Shown here one piece after another: positions 18,012 to 26,390 of a stretch of 62,925 nt of DNA. The DNA is taken from assembly GCA_043747645.1 (NCBI GenBank), contig JAYTOT010000093.1, positions 1 to 62,925 on the forward strand, read 5' to 3'. Positions within the stretch are counted from its first letter, which is position 1. Each line of letters starts with the position of its first letter. The DNA is from Pseudomonadota bacterium. GTDB lineage: Bacteria; Bdellovibrionota_B; Oligoflexia; Silvanigrellales; Silvanigrellaceae. Under the pieces are notes generated by a model, which saw only the letters and a program-made list of their open reading frames with translations, had not been told where the DNA came from and searched no databases. Position numbers and translations under genes: made by a program.

Positions 18012-19523
18012 TGTGTCCAACGCCGAAGTCACATTGTGTGCGCCGTAGTGCTTGAACAAGTAGTTCAACACCTCTGATTTAGATGAACTCAACAAAAAAG
18101 TAACAAATTCGGAGTTGGCATAAGACGACAAATGCCATGCCTTTTGTTCCCCTTTAAAAAGCCGGTGCCAACTCACACGGGTGTTGTTACCTTTTACGGG
18201 AGGCGTAGATTTTGGCGCGGCAATTATTTTATTGTCGGCCAAATCGTAGCTTTCTCGCCAATCAGGGCAATTGAATTGTTTAGATTCATTCCCTCTCTCA
18301 CCTTCGTGGCTCAAGGTCGTGGCCCCAACACTCGCGCTCATAAATTTTGTTAAAGCAGGAGACTCATGGGTTGAGGTTTTAAACAGGCAATCGTCGTTTT
18401 TAATGGCGCGAAGCTCAATTTCTGAATCGATTTTTGAGGATATCAGTGATGTGGCTTCTGAAAGACTTGGCCATAAATTCTTCCAAGTGTAGGGGCCCAC
18501 AACTCCATCAGCGGTTATGCCGCGTGAAGTTTGAAATGCTTTTACCGCAAGAGTTGTTGTTTCGTTAAAATTTTCGTCGAAATCGCCATTATAGTGACCG
18601 AGCGATTTGAGTCTCATTTTAAGTAACGTAACAAGCTTGCCATCATTATTTTCTTGCAATAAATTTGTGAGTTCTGGCTGATCAGTCGCCTTAATGAGGT
18701 CTGCAATGTCTGAGTCTTGCAACGACCAAAGTCCTCGGTCGATGCCGCGTTTGAGTATGACCATTGCGCCTGCTTGTCCGCTTACAAAATAGGGATCATA
18801 ACGCCCGTCGGCAACATATTTACCACGAGTGTAATGATAGCTATAGCTCCACAAGTAAGGCGAATTAATATCCCATCCGCGGTAGCCAAATCCGTTAAAG
18901 CGCTCAAAAGAATAGGCAAGAATTGACGCCAATTGCCAATCAGACCAAGTGCTATATCCGTCGTAGTTAATTGCGTCTTTGGCAGAAAACTCCCACGAAA
19001 AAGGAGGAGCACTATTTGTTGGTCTGCCGTTTGGAACTTGAACTGTTCTGCGCGAGAGCGAATCGCCATTGTGCAAATGAGTTGCAAAATTAAAACTACC
19101 TTCGAGTCCGTGAATTATTCCGACCCAAAACCAAGGAACACCAAGGGAGTTTTGAATATTTAAATAACGTGTTTTGTTCTTTTGAATCATGTCAACATAA
19201 TAATCGACTGTAGAAACTTTTTCAGGGCGAATGGCAATTGAATTCCAGAGTGATTCGTATTCATTTTTGTAACTTAAATATCTCGATTGTTCTGGTACAC
19301 CAGAGACATTGAGTTCACCATTTAAGACATCTGAAAAATCTGAGTCAAAATGTTCATAGGCCTTTGCACTCCTTTCGACTGGTGGAGCTGTTATTTGTAC
19401 CGACTCCTTGGCCTGAATGGCCCCTATAAGAGAGTCATTTTGAAACTGCGAACCGCAAGCTAAAATGTAGCTGCATTGCAGGAGCACAAGTGCGTGCACT
19501 CCACCTGTTAACTTAAATCCCAT
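17982..19523 (-). CDS. lipoprotein with a PG_binding_1 peptidoglycan-binding domain and a possible lysozyme-like N-terminal domain
   Basis: GGGAGG RBS 6 nt before the second in-frame ATG. Lipobox ILAC|GSQ. Peptidoglycan-binding repeat LAVKAFQTSRGITADGVVGPYTWKNL. The N-terminal region IIHGLEGSFNF...NGDSL weakly resembles transglycosylase/lysozyme-like folds. Confidence 0.5.
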   Translation of the reverse strand: MGFKLTGGVHALVLLQCSYILACGSQFQNDSLIGAIQAKESVQITAPPVERSAKAYEHFDSDFSDVLNGELNVSGVPEQSRYLSYKNEYESLWNSIAIRPEKVSTVDYYVDMIQKNKTRYLNIQNSLGVPWFWVGIIHGLEGSFNFATHLHNGDSLSRRTVQVPNGRPTNSAPPFSWEFSAKDAINYDGYSTWSDWQLASILAYSFERFNGFGYRGWDINSPYLWSYSYHYTRGKYVADGRYDPYFVSGQAGAMVILKRGIDRGLWSLQDSDIADLIKATDQPELTNLLQENNDGKLVTLLKMRLKSLGHYNGDFDENFNETTTLAVKAFQTSRGITADGVVGPYTWKNLWPSLSEATSLISSKIDSEIELRAIKNDDCLFKTSTHESPALTKFMSASVGATTLSHEGERGNESKQFNCPDWRESYDLADNKIIAAPKSTPPVKGNNTRVSWHRLFKGEQKAWHLSSYANSEFVTFLLSSSKSEVLNYLFKHYGAHNVTSALDTEKPQGQFSN

Positions 19524-19761
19524 GAGAAGCCTCCCGGCGCATGAGGGATGAACTGTCACGTGCGAAATGGCACGTGAGGTGTTTTCGGCAGAGTGGCAAA
19601 ACTATTGAGGGAGAAAACTGCGAAAAATTATTCGCGAGATAGAATTTGGGACTCAACTTGAGTCTGTGTTAGGAGCATCGATAGTCAAATAATGTCGATT
19701 TAACGAGAACAAGTGGTGAGTTAGAAAAATTTGATTTTTTTATAAAACAGGAGTGCACATT

Positions 19762-20706
19762 ATGAATTTCTGGACTCGCGCTGCAAAAGTTGGTTTTGAA
19801 CTTCCTCAATTTAAATTTGTGGGGAATGCGCCTCTGAATGAATCTAGTGGTACTAAAATAACTGACACAAATTGCTTAAAGTTAGACGGACGCAAAGTTT
19901 CAAATGACCTTTTGGAACAATGTAAAATATTGGCACGCGGAAGAGTTGTGCCACATCTTGTAGTATTGCTCGTTGGTGAGAATGCCGCGTCGCAGGTTTA
20001 TGTTGGCAATAAACAAAAAATGTTTGAAGGCTGTGGATTTTCAACTGAAACCATTAAAATTTCGTCTGTTGAAGCCACTCCTGAGCTTATAAAATCTGTT
20101 ATCAAAAAATTAAATTTGGACAATGAGGTGCATGGAATTTTAGTGCAGCTTCCGTTACCTGCACATATAAGTGCCTCTGAAATGTTGAATTCAATCGACC
20201 GTAGCAAGGATGTTGACGGGTTTTTAGCACCTAATATTGGCGGACTTGCATTGGGTGAAAGTACGGCAACAATTGCCTGCACCCCTTTTGGTGTGATGGT
20301 GACATTGGCTGCGTATGGAATTCAAACAGCAGGAAAGCATGCCGTTGTAGTGGGTCGCAGCAATATTGTTGGAAAGCCCATGGCCTTGTTACTTTTGGGT
20401 GCCGATGCAACGGTCACTGCGGCTCATTCAAAAACACAAGATCTGCGCCAAATCTGCCTACAAGCCGATATTCTGGTTGCCGCCGCAGGGCAGCCACAAT
20501 TGATTGATCGCAGTTACGTCAAGCCAGGAGTAGTGGTTATTGATGTGGGAATGCACCGCTTGGCTGATGGAAAACTTTGTGGTGATGTGCACAGTAGTGT
20601 GGCTCAAATAGCTTCAGCCATGACTCCTGTTCCGGGTGGAGTGGGGCCCATGACCGTGGCAATGCTTGCGGTAAACACAGCTTTGGCAGCGTGGGAAGTG
20701 CGTTAA
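19762..20706 (+). CDS. folD: bifunctional methylenetetrahydrofolate dehydrogenase / methenyl-THF cyclohydrolase FolD
   Basis: Motifs VVLLVGENAASQVYV, LPLPAHI, VVVGRSNIVGKPMALLL and PVPGGVGPMT. AGGAGTG RBS upstream. Confidence 0.9.
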   Translation: MNFWTRAAKVGFELPQFKFVGNAPLNESSGTKITDTNCLKLDGRKVSNDLLEQCKILARGRVVPHLVVLLVGENAASQVYVGNKQKMFEGCGFSTETIKISSVEATPELIKSVIKKLNLDNEVHGILVQLPLPAHISASEMLNSIDRSKDVDGFLAPNIGGLALGESTATIACTPFGVMVTLAAYGIQTAGKHAVVVGRSNIVGKPMALLLLGADATVTAAHSKTQDLRQICLQADILVAAAGQPQLIDRSYVKPGVVVIDVGMHRLADGKLCGDVHSSVAQIASAMTPVPGGVGPMTVAMLAVNTALAAWEVR

Positions 20707-20847
20707 GGTCATTCAAAAAAGAATGCGCCGAGAATGCAAAATGTGCTTCTCTATATAATAGATGAAGCGCGCAAAGCGAATTGTGAGATCTCGTGAGATG
20801 CGCCTCAAAAATTGATCACGTGAAAAGGCTTATTCGACTGCAGATGT

Positions 20848-20876
20848 TTGACAGTATAAAATTGCGCGTGTAGATT
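20848..20876 (+). promoter_or_regulatory. sigma-70 promoter of the HU gene
   Basis: TTGACA-17 nt-TAGATT (20848-20853 and 20871-20876). A palindrome TGTCAAC-N8-GTTGACC at 20931-20955 lies in the 5' UTR. Confidence 0.55.
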
Positions 20877-20971
20877 CAATTAAATCAAGTTTGAATTTCA
20901 GTGTGTTTGCTTGAGTTTTTTGAATCATTCTATTGTCAACTTTCATTGTTGACCTTTTAAGGAGTTGTTTC

Positions 20972-21340
20972 ATGAAGAAGACTAGTACGATTTCTACGTC
21001 CCAGTTGATTGCTGCAGTAGCTGACAAGCACAAAGAACTTCCTAAAAAGGTTACTAAGGAAGTTTTACAAGAGTTCTTGGCTACTATTGAAGCTGAAATT
21101 ACCGGCAATAATTCAAAAGTGCGCATCGACAAATTGGGCATCATTCAAGTTAAAGATCGCGCTGCTCGTATGGGCCGTAATCCTCAAACTGGTGAAGAAA
21201 TCAAAATTCCTGCTTCCAAAAAAGTTGCATTCCGTGCAGCTAAAAGCTTGAAAGAAGCTGTTGGAATCAAGAAGGCTGCTGCTCGTAAAGCTGCACCCGC
21301 ACCTGCACCCGCACCTGCAGCCGCAAAAAAGAAGAAATAA
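20972..21340 (+). CDS. hup: HU/IHF-family DNA-binding protein with a lysine/alanine/proline-rich (histone H1-like) C-terminal tail
   Basis: HU fold signature ...RMGRNPQTGEEIKIPASKKVAFRAAKSLKEAV. Tail KKAAARKAAPAPAPAPAAAKKKK. AAGGAG RBS 8 nt upstream. Confidence 0.85.
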   Translation: MKKTSTISTSQLIAAVADKHKELPKKVTKEVLQEFLATIEAEITGNNSKVRIDKLGIIQVKDRAARMGRNPQTGEEIKIPASKKVAFRAAKSLKEAVGIKKAAARKAAPAPAPAPAAAKKKK

Positions 21341-21366
21341 TATTTCTTTTTAATGTGTGAATGTAA

Positions 21367-21397
21367 AACTCTCTGCAAAGAGAGTTTTTTTTTGACT
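21367..21397. terminator. bidirectional rho-independent terminator between hup (+) and phhA (-)
   Basis: AAAACTCTCTGCAAAGAGAGTTTTTTTTT is a perfect stem with A- and T-tracts on both sides. Confidence 0.75.
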
Positions 21398-22259
21398 AAA
21401 GTAGTTTTTCGGCTTTTGCCCAACGAAGAAACTCGGACTCTAATTCGTCGAACGAAGAAATTTCAAATAAAAATGGTTGCATGTGGTGAATGTCGTAGTC
21501 GGTATTTGCAACTTGCTCAATTTTGAAGGGAAGTTTCTGCACTTTATGAGACAAGCTATTTGCAATTTCGCCCACGGATGATGAAATTCCAGCGCCATAA
21601 ATGCGACATTCAGAATCGACCCGTTTGTGACCTAAATGAGCGGTTGGATTCATAAGACCGAATTCTACCGTGTACCAATAAATGCGCCCCAGGCGCACAG
21701 TGTCTAATTCGTTGCGCGCATTTACGCCGGCGCGGCCAAAGGCATGAAAAAAAGATGCAAACCGGCTTTGGGTGATCATGGGCAAATGGCCCATTAAATC
21801 GTGAAACATGTCGGGAGCAGGGGTGTACTCAAGTTCGTTGGGGTGGCGCAAAAAATCGGTGCACGGAAAACACTTTTGTTCGAGCAATTTAAAAAAAATA
21901 GGTTGAGGAACAAAGCCATTGACGCGAACCACTTGCCAAGAACTGTATTTGTGCAAAGCGCGACTGGCATCGGCAAGCTTTGCAACGGAATGCGATGGAA
22001 AACTCATTTTTGTGCGACCGTCGAGGTATTCATTGCATGCTTTGTTTTGCAAAATTTGTTCTTGACGGCTGAATAACTGAGCCCATGTTTTGTCTTGTTC
22101 TGGAGTGTATTGGGGCGACTCAATGGCTTCGCCTACGGTTCCTTCGGGAGATGGGCTAGGGCGGAGCGGCAAACTGGCTTCGGCTTTGTACTCTACGTCG
22201 GCAGAGAGTGGGCCTTTTGGGATTTCAAGAGTTGACATGAGCAAAAACTCCTCAAACAA
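21396..22259 (-). CDS. phhA: phenylalanine 4-monooxygenase (biopterin-dependent aromatic amino acid hydroxylase)
   Basis: Motifs FPCTDFLRHPNELEYTPAPDMFHDLMGHLPM and RIYGAGISSSVGE carry the iron-binding His/Glu of PhhA. Confidence 0.85.
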   Translation of the reverse strand: MFEEFLLMSTLEIPKGPLSADVEYKAEASLPLRPSPSPEGTVGEAIESPQYTPEQDKTWAQLFSRQEQILQNKACNEYLDGRTKMSFPSHSVAKLADASRALHKYSSWQVVRVNGFVPQPIFFKLLEQKCFPCTDFLRHPNELEYTPAPDMFHDLMGHLPMITQSRFASFFHAFGRAGVNARNELDTVRLGRIYWYTVEFGLMNPTAHLGHKRVDSECRIYGAGISSSVGEIANSLSHKVQKLPFKIEQVANTDYDIHHMQPFLFEISSFDELESEFLRWAKAEKLL

Positions 22260-22278
22260 ATGCAGAGCATTGTGTGCT

Positions 22279-23133
22279 CTAGCTGTGCGATTCTAATTCA
22301 ACATTATTAACGGCAGAATGTATACGTGCGCAAACTTGCAAAGTTTGTAACGCTGCGGGAATGGATAATTGTGTTGCGGCATCGGAAAGGGCTGCTGTAG
22401 GATTGGGATGAACTTCCATGAACAAACCGTCGATGCCAAAGGCCACGGCCGCACGGGTGAGGCCCGGAATAACGTGCCTGAGGCCCGAAGAGGCGCCCTT
22501 GGCTGCTCCTGGAAGCTGGGCAGAGTGTGTGGCGTCGAAAACCACAGCGTGATTGTCTTGGCCCATTTCAAGCAAATTTCGGTAGTCCACAACCAAATTG
22601 TTGTAACCGTAAACGCTTCCGCGTTCGCACAGTAATATTTTATGACATCCATGCTTTTGCAGCAGGCGGGCAGCATTGCGCATGACTTCGGGTGAAACAT
22701 GCTGGCCTTTTTTTATTTGCACCGCTTTTTGCGTAGAAGCAGCAGCTGCCAGTAGGCTTTCTTGTTCGCATAAAAATGCCGGAATTTGCAGAATATCGAC
22801 ATATTTGCCCGCTTCAATTGCTTGTGCGGGGCTGTGAATGTCTGTGAGCACTGGAATTTGCAAATCGTGCCTTATTTTTTGCAGCCATAATAGGCCATTT
22901 GCAGCACCAGGGCCGCGCATTGATTTGTCTGAGGTGCGATTGGCTTTGTCGTAACTGCTTTTAAAAATATATCCAATGTTTAATTGAGCACAGGCTTGTT
23001 TAAGGGCAAGAGCAACTTGGAACCCTAATTCGTAGCTTTCAAACATGCAAGGGCCGGCCATGAGAGTCATTTTTTGCCGTGAAAATTTAACACCAAGTGC
23101 TAATTCGCCGTTCCAATTGTAAGCGTAACTCAT
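22279..23133 (-). CDS. kdsA: 3-deoxy-8-phosphooctulonate synthase (KDO8P synthase)
   Basis: 284 aa. Motifs FKSSYDKANRTS, ILQIPAFLCEQESLL, VVFDATHSAQLPGA and ILLCERG match KdsA. Confidence 0.85.
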   Translation of the reverse strand: MSYAYNWNGELALGVKFSRQKMTLMAGPCMFESYELGFQVALALKQACAQLNIGYIFKSSYDKANRTSDKSMRGPGAANGLLWLQKIRHDLQIPVLTDIHSPAQAIEAGKYVDILQIPAFLCEQESLLAAAASTQKAVQIKKGQHVSPEVMRNAARLLQKHGCHKILLCERGSVYGYNNLVVDYRNLLEMGQDNHAVVFDATHSAQLPGAAKGASSGLRHVIPGLTRAAVAFGIDGLFMEVHPNPTAALSDAATQLSIPAALQTLQVCARIHSAVNNVELESHS

Positions 23134-23705
23134 TGCGGCATCCTAATAGGAAGATCTAAATTATGATTTTGTGGAACAATAAAAAAATGCGCTCCAAAGG
23201 CTTGAGCCATTTTAAGAAAGGCATTTACAAACAAAGAATCGTGCAGCCAATCGGGTGTCCAGCTCCATTTGATTTCTGGTGCAAAGGCAATGGCGTTTAA
23301 ATTGATTCCAAATTCTTTTTGAGATTGTTGCAATAAAAAAAGAGTGCGTGGGTCTAGAACACGGTCTGAAAGCCCGAATGTGGTTCCGGCATCTACAGCA
23401 TACACTTTAGAGTTTTGCACTTTTTGGAGGGCTAAGTCGAAATCCGAAGGTGATAAAAATGGGCCGCGCTCTAAAAATACAGGGAGGTTGGAGTCGCGTG
23501 CAGCATTGAGCGCATCGGCCTGACGCGAAATTTCGCCAGAAATATAAAGTGCCTGTGTGTTCTGGTTGCAAAAGACTAACTGCTCCGAAAATGCAAAATT
23601 TAATATATGCTTTTCGGCATGCAACGAGGTTGCACTTAATAACGGCAAATTATGAAAATCTGGATTTGAAGGAAAATGCATTTGTGTGTTTTTCATAGGA
23701 CTCAA
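23130..23705 (-). CDS. hypothetical protein, possibly a degenerate KdsA-like N-terminal fragment
   Basis: Overlaps the kdsA start by 4 nt. Faint resemblance to the KdsA N-terminal half (LQKVQNSKVYAVDAG against FQELKQTFGVKIITDV), with no catalytic motifs. Confidence 0.3.
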   Translation of the reverse strand: MSPMKNTQMHFPSNPDFHNLPLLSATSLHAEKHILNFAFSEQLVFCNQNTQALYISGEISRQADALNAARDSNLPVFLERGPFLSPSDFDLALQKVQNSKVYAVDAGTTFGLSDRVLDPRTLFLLQQSQKEFGINLNAIAFAPEIKWSWTPDWLHDSLFVNAFLKMAQAFGAHFFIVPQNHNLDLPIRMPQ

Positions 23706-23742
23706 ACTATGAAAAATAGGGGCCTGTGTCTAGTGTTTGACC

Positions 23743-24201
23743 TTATGCGACTTCGCCTGTGCGCGTTGCAGCCACGCTGGCAATTAAATTTTCGAGCACA
23801 TAGGCCTGCTCTGGGCGGATGTGCGAGAACACTCCACCGGCACGATTATTACCAGAATCGTACCATTTTATAACAACATCAAGCTTGAGTTTTGCTGGGG
23901 AATGAATGTGGAATGGAGATAAGGGAACGGTCATGGTGAGATCCATTCCTGGGCGTAACTTTACACGACTCACAAACTCAATTTTGAATCCGTATGTTGA
24001 AATATCGAGCAAAACAGCACTGATGTGCGAAAAAGGATTCCAGCGCGATGTGCGAATATCTACCAAAGCATGGCTCTCAAACCGAGGTGCGCGATCGGTA
24101 GAATCGGCAGCAGAAGCATCTTTGCGCATGCTGTGCTCGCGGGTTTTTTTATCTTGTTGTTGGCTTGGAATCATGCTGCATTCCTTGTCGTCTGTAATCA
24201 T
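23743..24201 (-). CDS. PilZ-domain (c-di-GMP-binding) protein
   Basis: RxxxR-like DRAPRF plus D-I-S-x-x-G (LLDISTYGFKIEF), the two PilZ signature elements. Confidence 0.55.
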   Translation of the reverse strand: MITDDKECSMIPSQQQDKKTREHSMRKDASAADSTDRAPRFESHALVDIRTSRWNPFSHISAVLLDISTYGFKIEFVSRVKLRPGMDLTMTVPLSPFHIHSPAKLKLDVVIKWYDSGNNRAGGVFSHIRPEQAYVLENLIASVAATRTGEVA

Positions 24202-24332
24202 AGCCCGAGGGCCTATGACATGACATTACGCTTTTGTGAGCGAGAAAGCGCAGGGGAAGCAAAAATTGTTCGACACTGTGTTGACGGCAATTGAGGAAAT
24301 ATTTTCCCTGCTTTTTTGATCGGATAAAAGTA

Positions 24333-26390
24333 TTAATTTTTTCGATTGTCCCAAAGATAATGAGATAAAAATTGTTCCAAGGCAAAGAGACAAAGTAACA
24401 ACGCCAAAAGCCAAGGGTAGGCTTTAAGCAGTGGCACCTCTTGCTGTGAATGAGAGGCATTTTGCTGAACGGAAGTTAACGACGTTCCGTTTGAAAAACT
24501 CGGAATATCTTTAAATACAATAGGGTTTGGTATTGATTCTGATTGCTTGCTTGTTCCATTAAAAAGAGGCCAAATACCAGGGCGTTTTACGGGTGAAGGG
24601 TCGCCCTTAAATTCGAGATGTAACGCTGTTTTGCGAGGTACGGCGGCCTGGGCCACAGAATTCAGAACATTTAATCCGGATTTTGGTGTTGTTCCACTCA
24701 AATTTTGATTGAACCGGGCGGCATCAGTGTCTAAAAATGGCAGATGCATCGATTGGCCTTCAGACTCAGTGGTGCCATCGCGAATGAGCATTAATGAAGA
24801 GTCGAGGCGCAAGGGGCCCCTCGCATTGACTAAGAAAAAATTGTCACCATCATAAAGCCTCGGACCCGACAAATCAGGCGGACGCAGGCCGCTGTCTTGC
24901 CGGCGTTGCAAAAATTCAACCATCCATTGAAATAAGTGTTCTGTAGCTTCAGAAGTGATTATTCTTCGTGCTCGACTCGCCTCGTTTTTAACTTCGACTT
25001 GAGTATAATAGGTATGCCAATCTCCTGCTAATAAAGTAAGAACAAGACCCTTGTCGAGAGGCTGGGCAATCATCACCGGATGGTCGCCTTCTTTGGTGCG
25101 TGCTAAAACAATTGACCCCTCTTTTGGTTCGCAGCCAATTGCTGTGGCGTGTGATGAAATTTCTTTGATAAAGTTTTGAAAATCATTGTTTGCAGAGAGG
25201 CGGGTTGAACCTTGATCCCAATGATAAACATTTTTAAGGTCTAATTCAGGGGTGTTTTTACAGGGCGAAAGGGCTAAAATACTGGGGTCTCGCGACACAA
25301 AAGAAAGTGGACCTGCCATTAAAACCATGCGTCCGCCATTGCGAACGTATTGAATTAAATTTTCGGAATCGCGCGGGTTTAAATATTGATCGAATAAAAA
25401 ATTCTGAGCAACAACGCCATGAAAATTGGGAAGCTCCGTGCCAAATAATTTTTCTGATGGAAATTCGATGAGTGACAATTGTGAGCTCGGAATGCTCATA
25501 TCGTCTGAGGCTTCGCGCAAAATATAATAACTGAGCAAGTCGAGATTTGGCCAAAATTTAAGTTTTTGGCGCAGATTTCGGAGGCTCCAATCGGGCCCCA
25601 CTCCAATGTGCAAAATAGTAGTTTTTGAATGCATTACTGTAACGCTTGTACTGGCACTCGAAAGCGTACTGGCAGCCAACGGCGAATTTAAATTTGCTGT
25701 TATAATTTGCGTCGCAGCTTTCACAAAGTGAACTGGCACCGGAATTACAGTGTCTATAATTCCCTGGGCATCGGCAACTAACGAAACAGTGCGCGATGTG
25801 AGCAGGGCATCGCCAGAACGCAACACGATTTCAGTATCGTATTTTTCGTTGGGGTTTATTATGCCCTGAATCTCAATTGAGGCAATGCTTTCTTCGCCCA
25901 AAAAAGAGAGTTTTGGTAAGAAAACATCGGAGAGTCCTAAAAATCGAGAAGCATTTAATGACCCTGTTTTCATAAATTCAGCAGGAGAAATCCAAGAAAT
26001 ACGACCTTCTTCCCATGCAGCCGTTTTCCGTAATTTTTGATTGAATTTTCGAGCAGCAGGGCCCCACAATAGAGGATCGGAAAAAATAACAATTGAGCCT
26101 TTTGCTGTGCTAATTTGCATTCCCAAGTCTTCGAAATCTTCGATAGAGCTATTTTCGGGTTGGCCAAAAACTCGCCATTCAAAGTTCAAATTTTTGCCGA
26201 AATGTTCTTTGAGCTTGCGCGTGAGTGCCGCGTCTAATGTCAAATTGCGTTCTATATTGGGAGTTGCAAAAAGTGTCACGGGTACCGGAATATTGAATTC
26301 ATTTTCGCTGCGCACCGTGGGTTTGTAAACGGGTAAAAATACGAGAGCCAAAAGACTCAATCGCAACAAAAGCAGTAAAAAAGATTTCAT
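24333..26390 (-). CDS. large periplasmic protein with N-terminal signal peptide and C-terminal TM anchor; third gene of a Bat-like module
   Basis: 685 aa. Signal peptide MKSFLLLLLRLSLLALVFLPV. C-terminal TM AYPWLLALLLCLFALEQFL. Central GGRMVLMAGPLSF hints at a glutamine-amidotransferase/ThuA-like fold. The start overlaps the stop of the 927-aa gene by 4 nt. Confidence 0.4.
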   Translation of the reverse strand: MKSFLLLLLRLSLLALVFLPVYKPTVRSENEFNIPVPVTLFATPNIERNLTLDAALTRKLKEHFGKNLNFEWRVFGQPENSSIEDFEDLGMQISTAKGSIVIFSDPLLWGPAARKFNQKLRKTAAWEEGRISWISPAEFMKTGSLNASRFLGLSDVFLPKLSFLGEESIASIEIQGIINPNEKYDTEIVLRSGDALLTSRTVSLVADAQGIIDTVIPVPVHFVKAATQIITANLNSPLAASTLSSASTSVTVMHSKTTILHIGVGPDWSLRNLRQKLKFWPNLDLLSYYILREASDDMSIPSSQLSLIEFPSEKLFGTELPNFHGVVAQNFLFDQYLNPRDSENLIQYVRNGGRMVLMAGPLSFVSRDPSILALSPCKNTPELDLKNVYHWDQGSTRLSANNDFQNFIKEISSHATAIGCEPKEGSIVLARTKEGDHPVMIAQPLDKGLVLTLLAGDWHTYYTQVEVKNEASRARRIITSEATEHLFQWMVEFLQRRQDSGLRPPDLSGPRLYDGDNFFLVNARGPLRLDSSLMLIRDGTTESEGQSMHLPFLDTDAARFNQNLSGTTPKSGLNVLNSVAQAAVPRKTALHLEFKGDPSPVKRPGIWPLFNGTSKQSESIPNPIVFKDIPSFSNGTSLTSVQQNASHSQQEVPLLKAYPWLLALLLCLFALEQFLSHYLWDNRKN

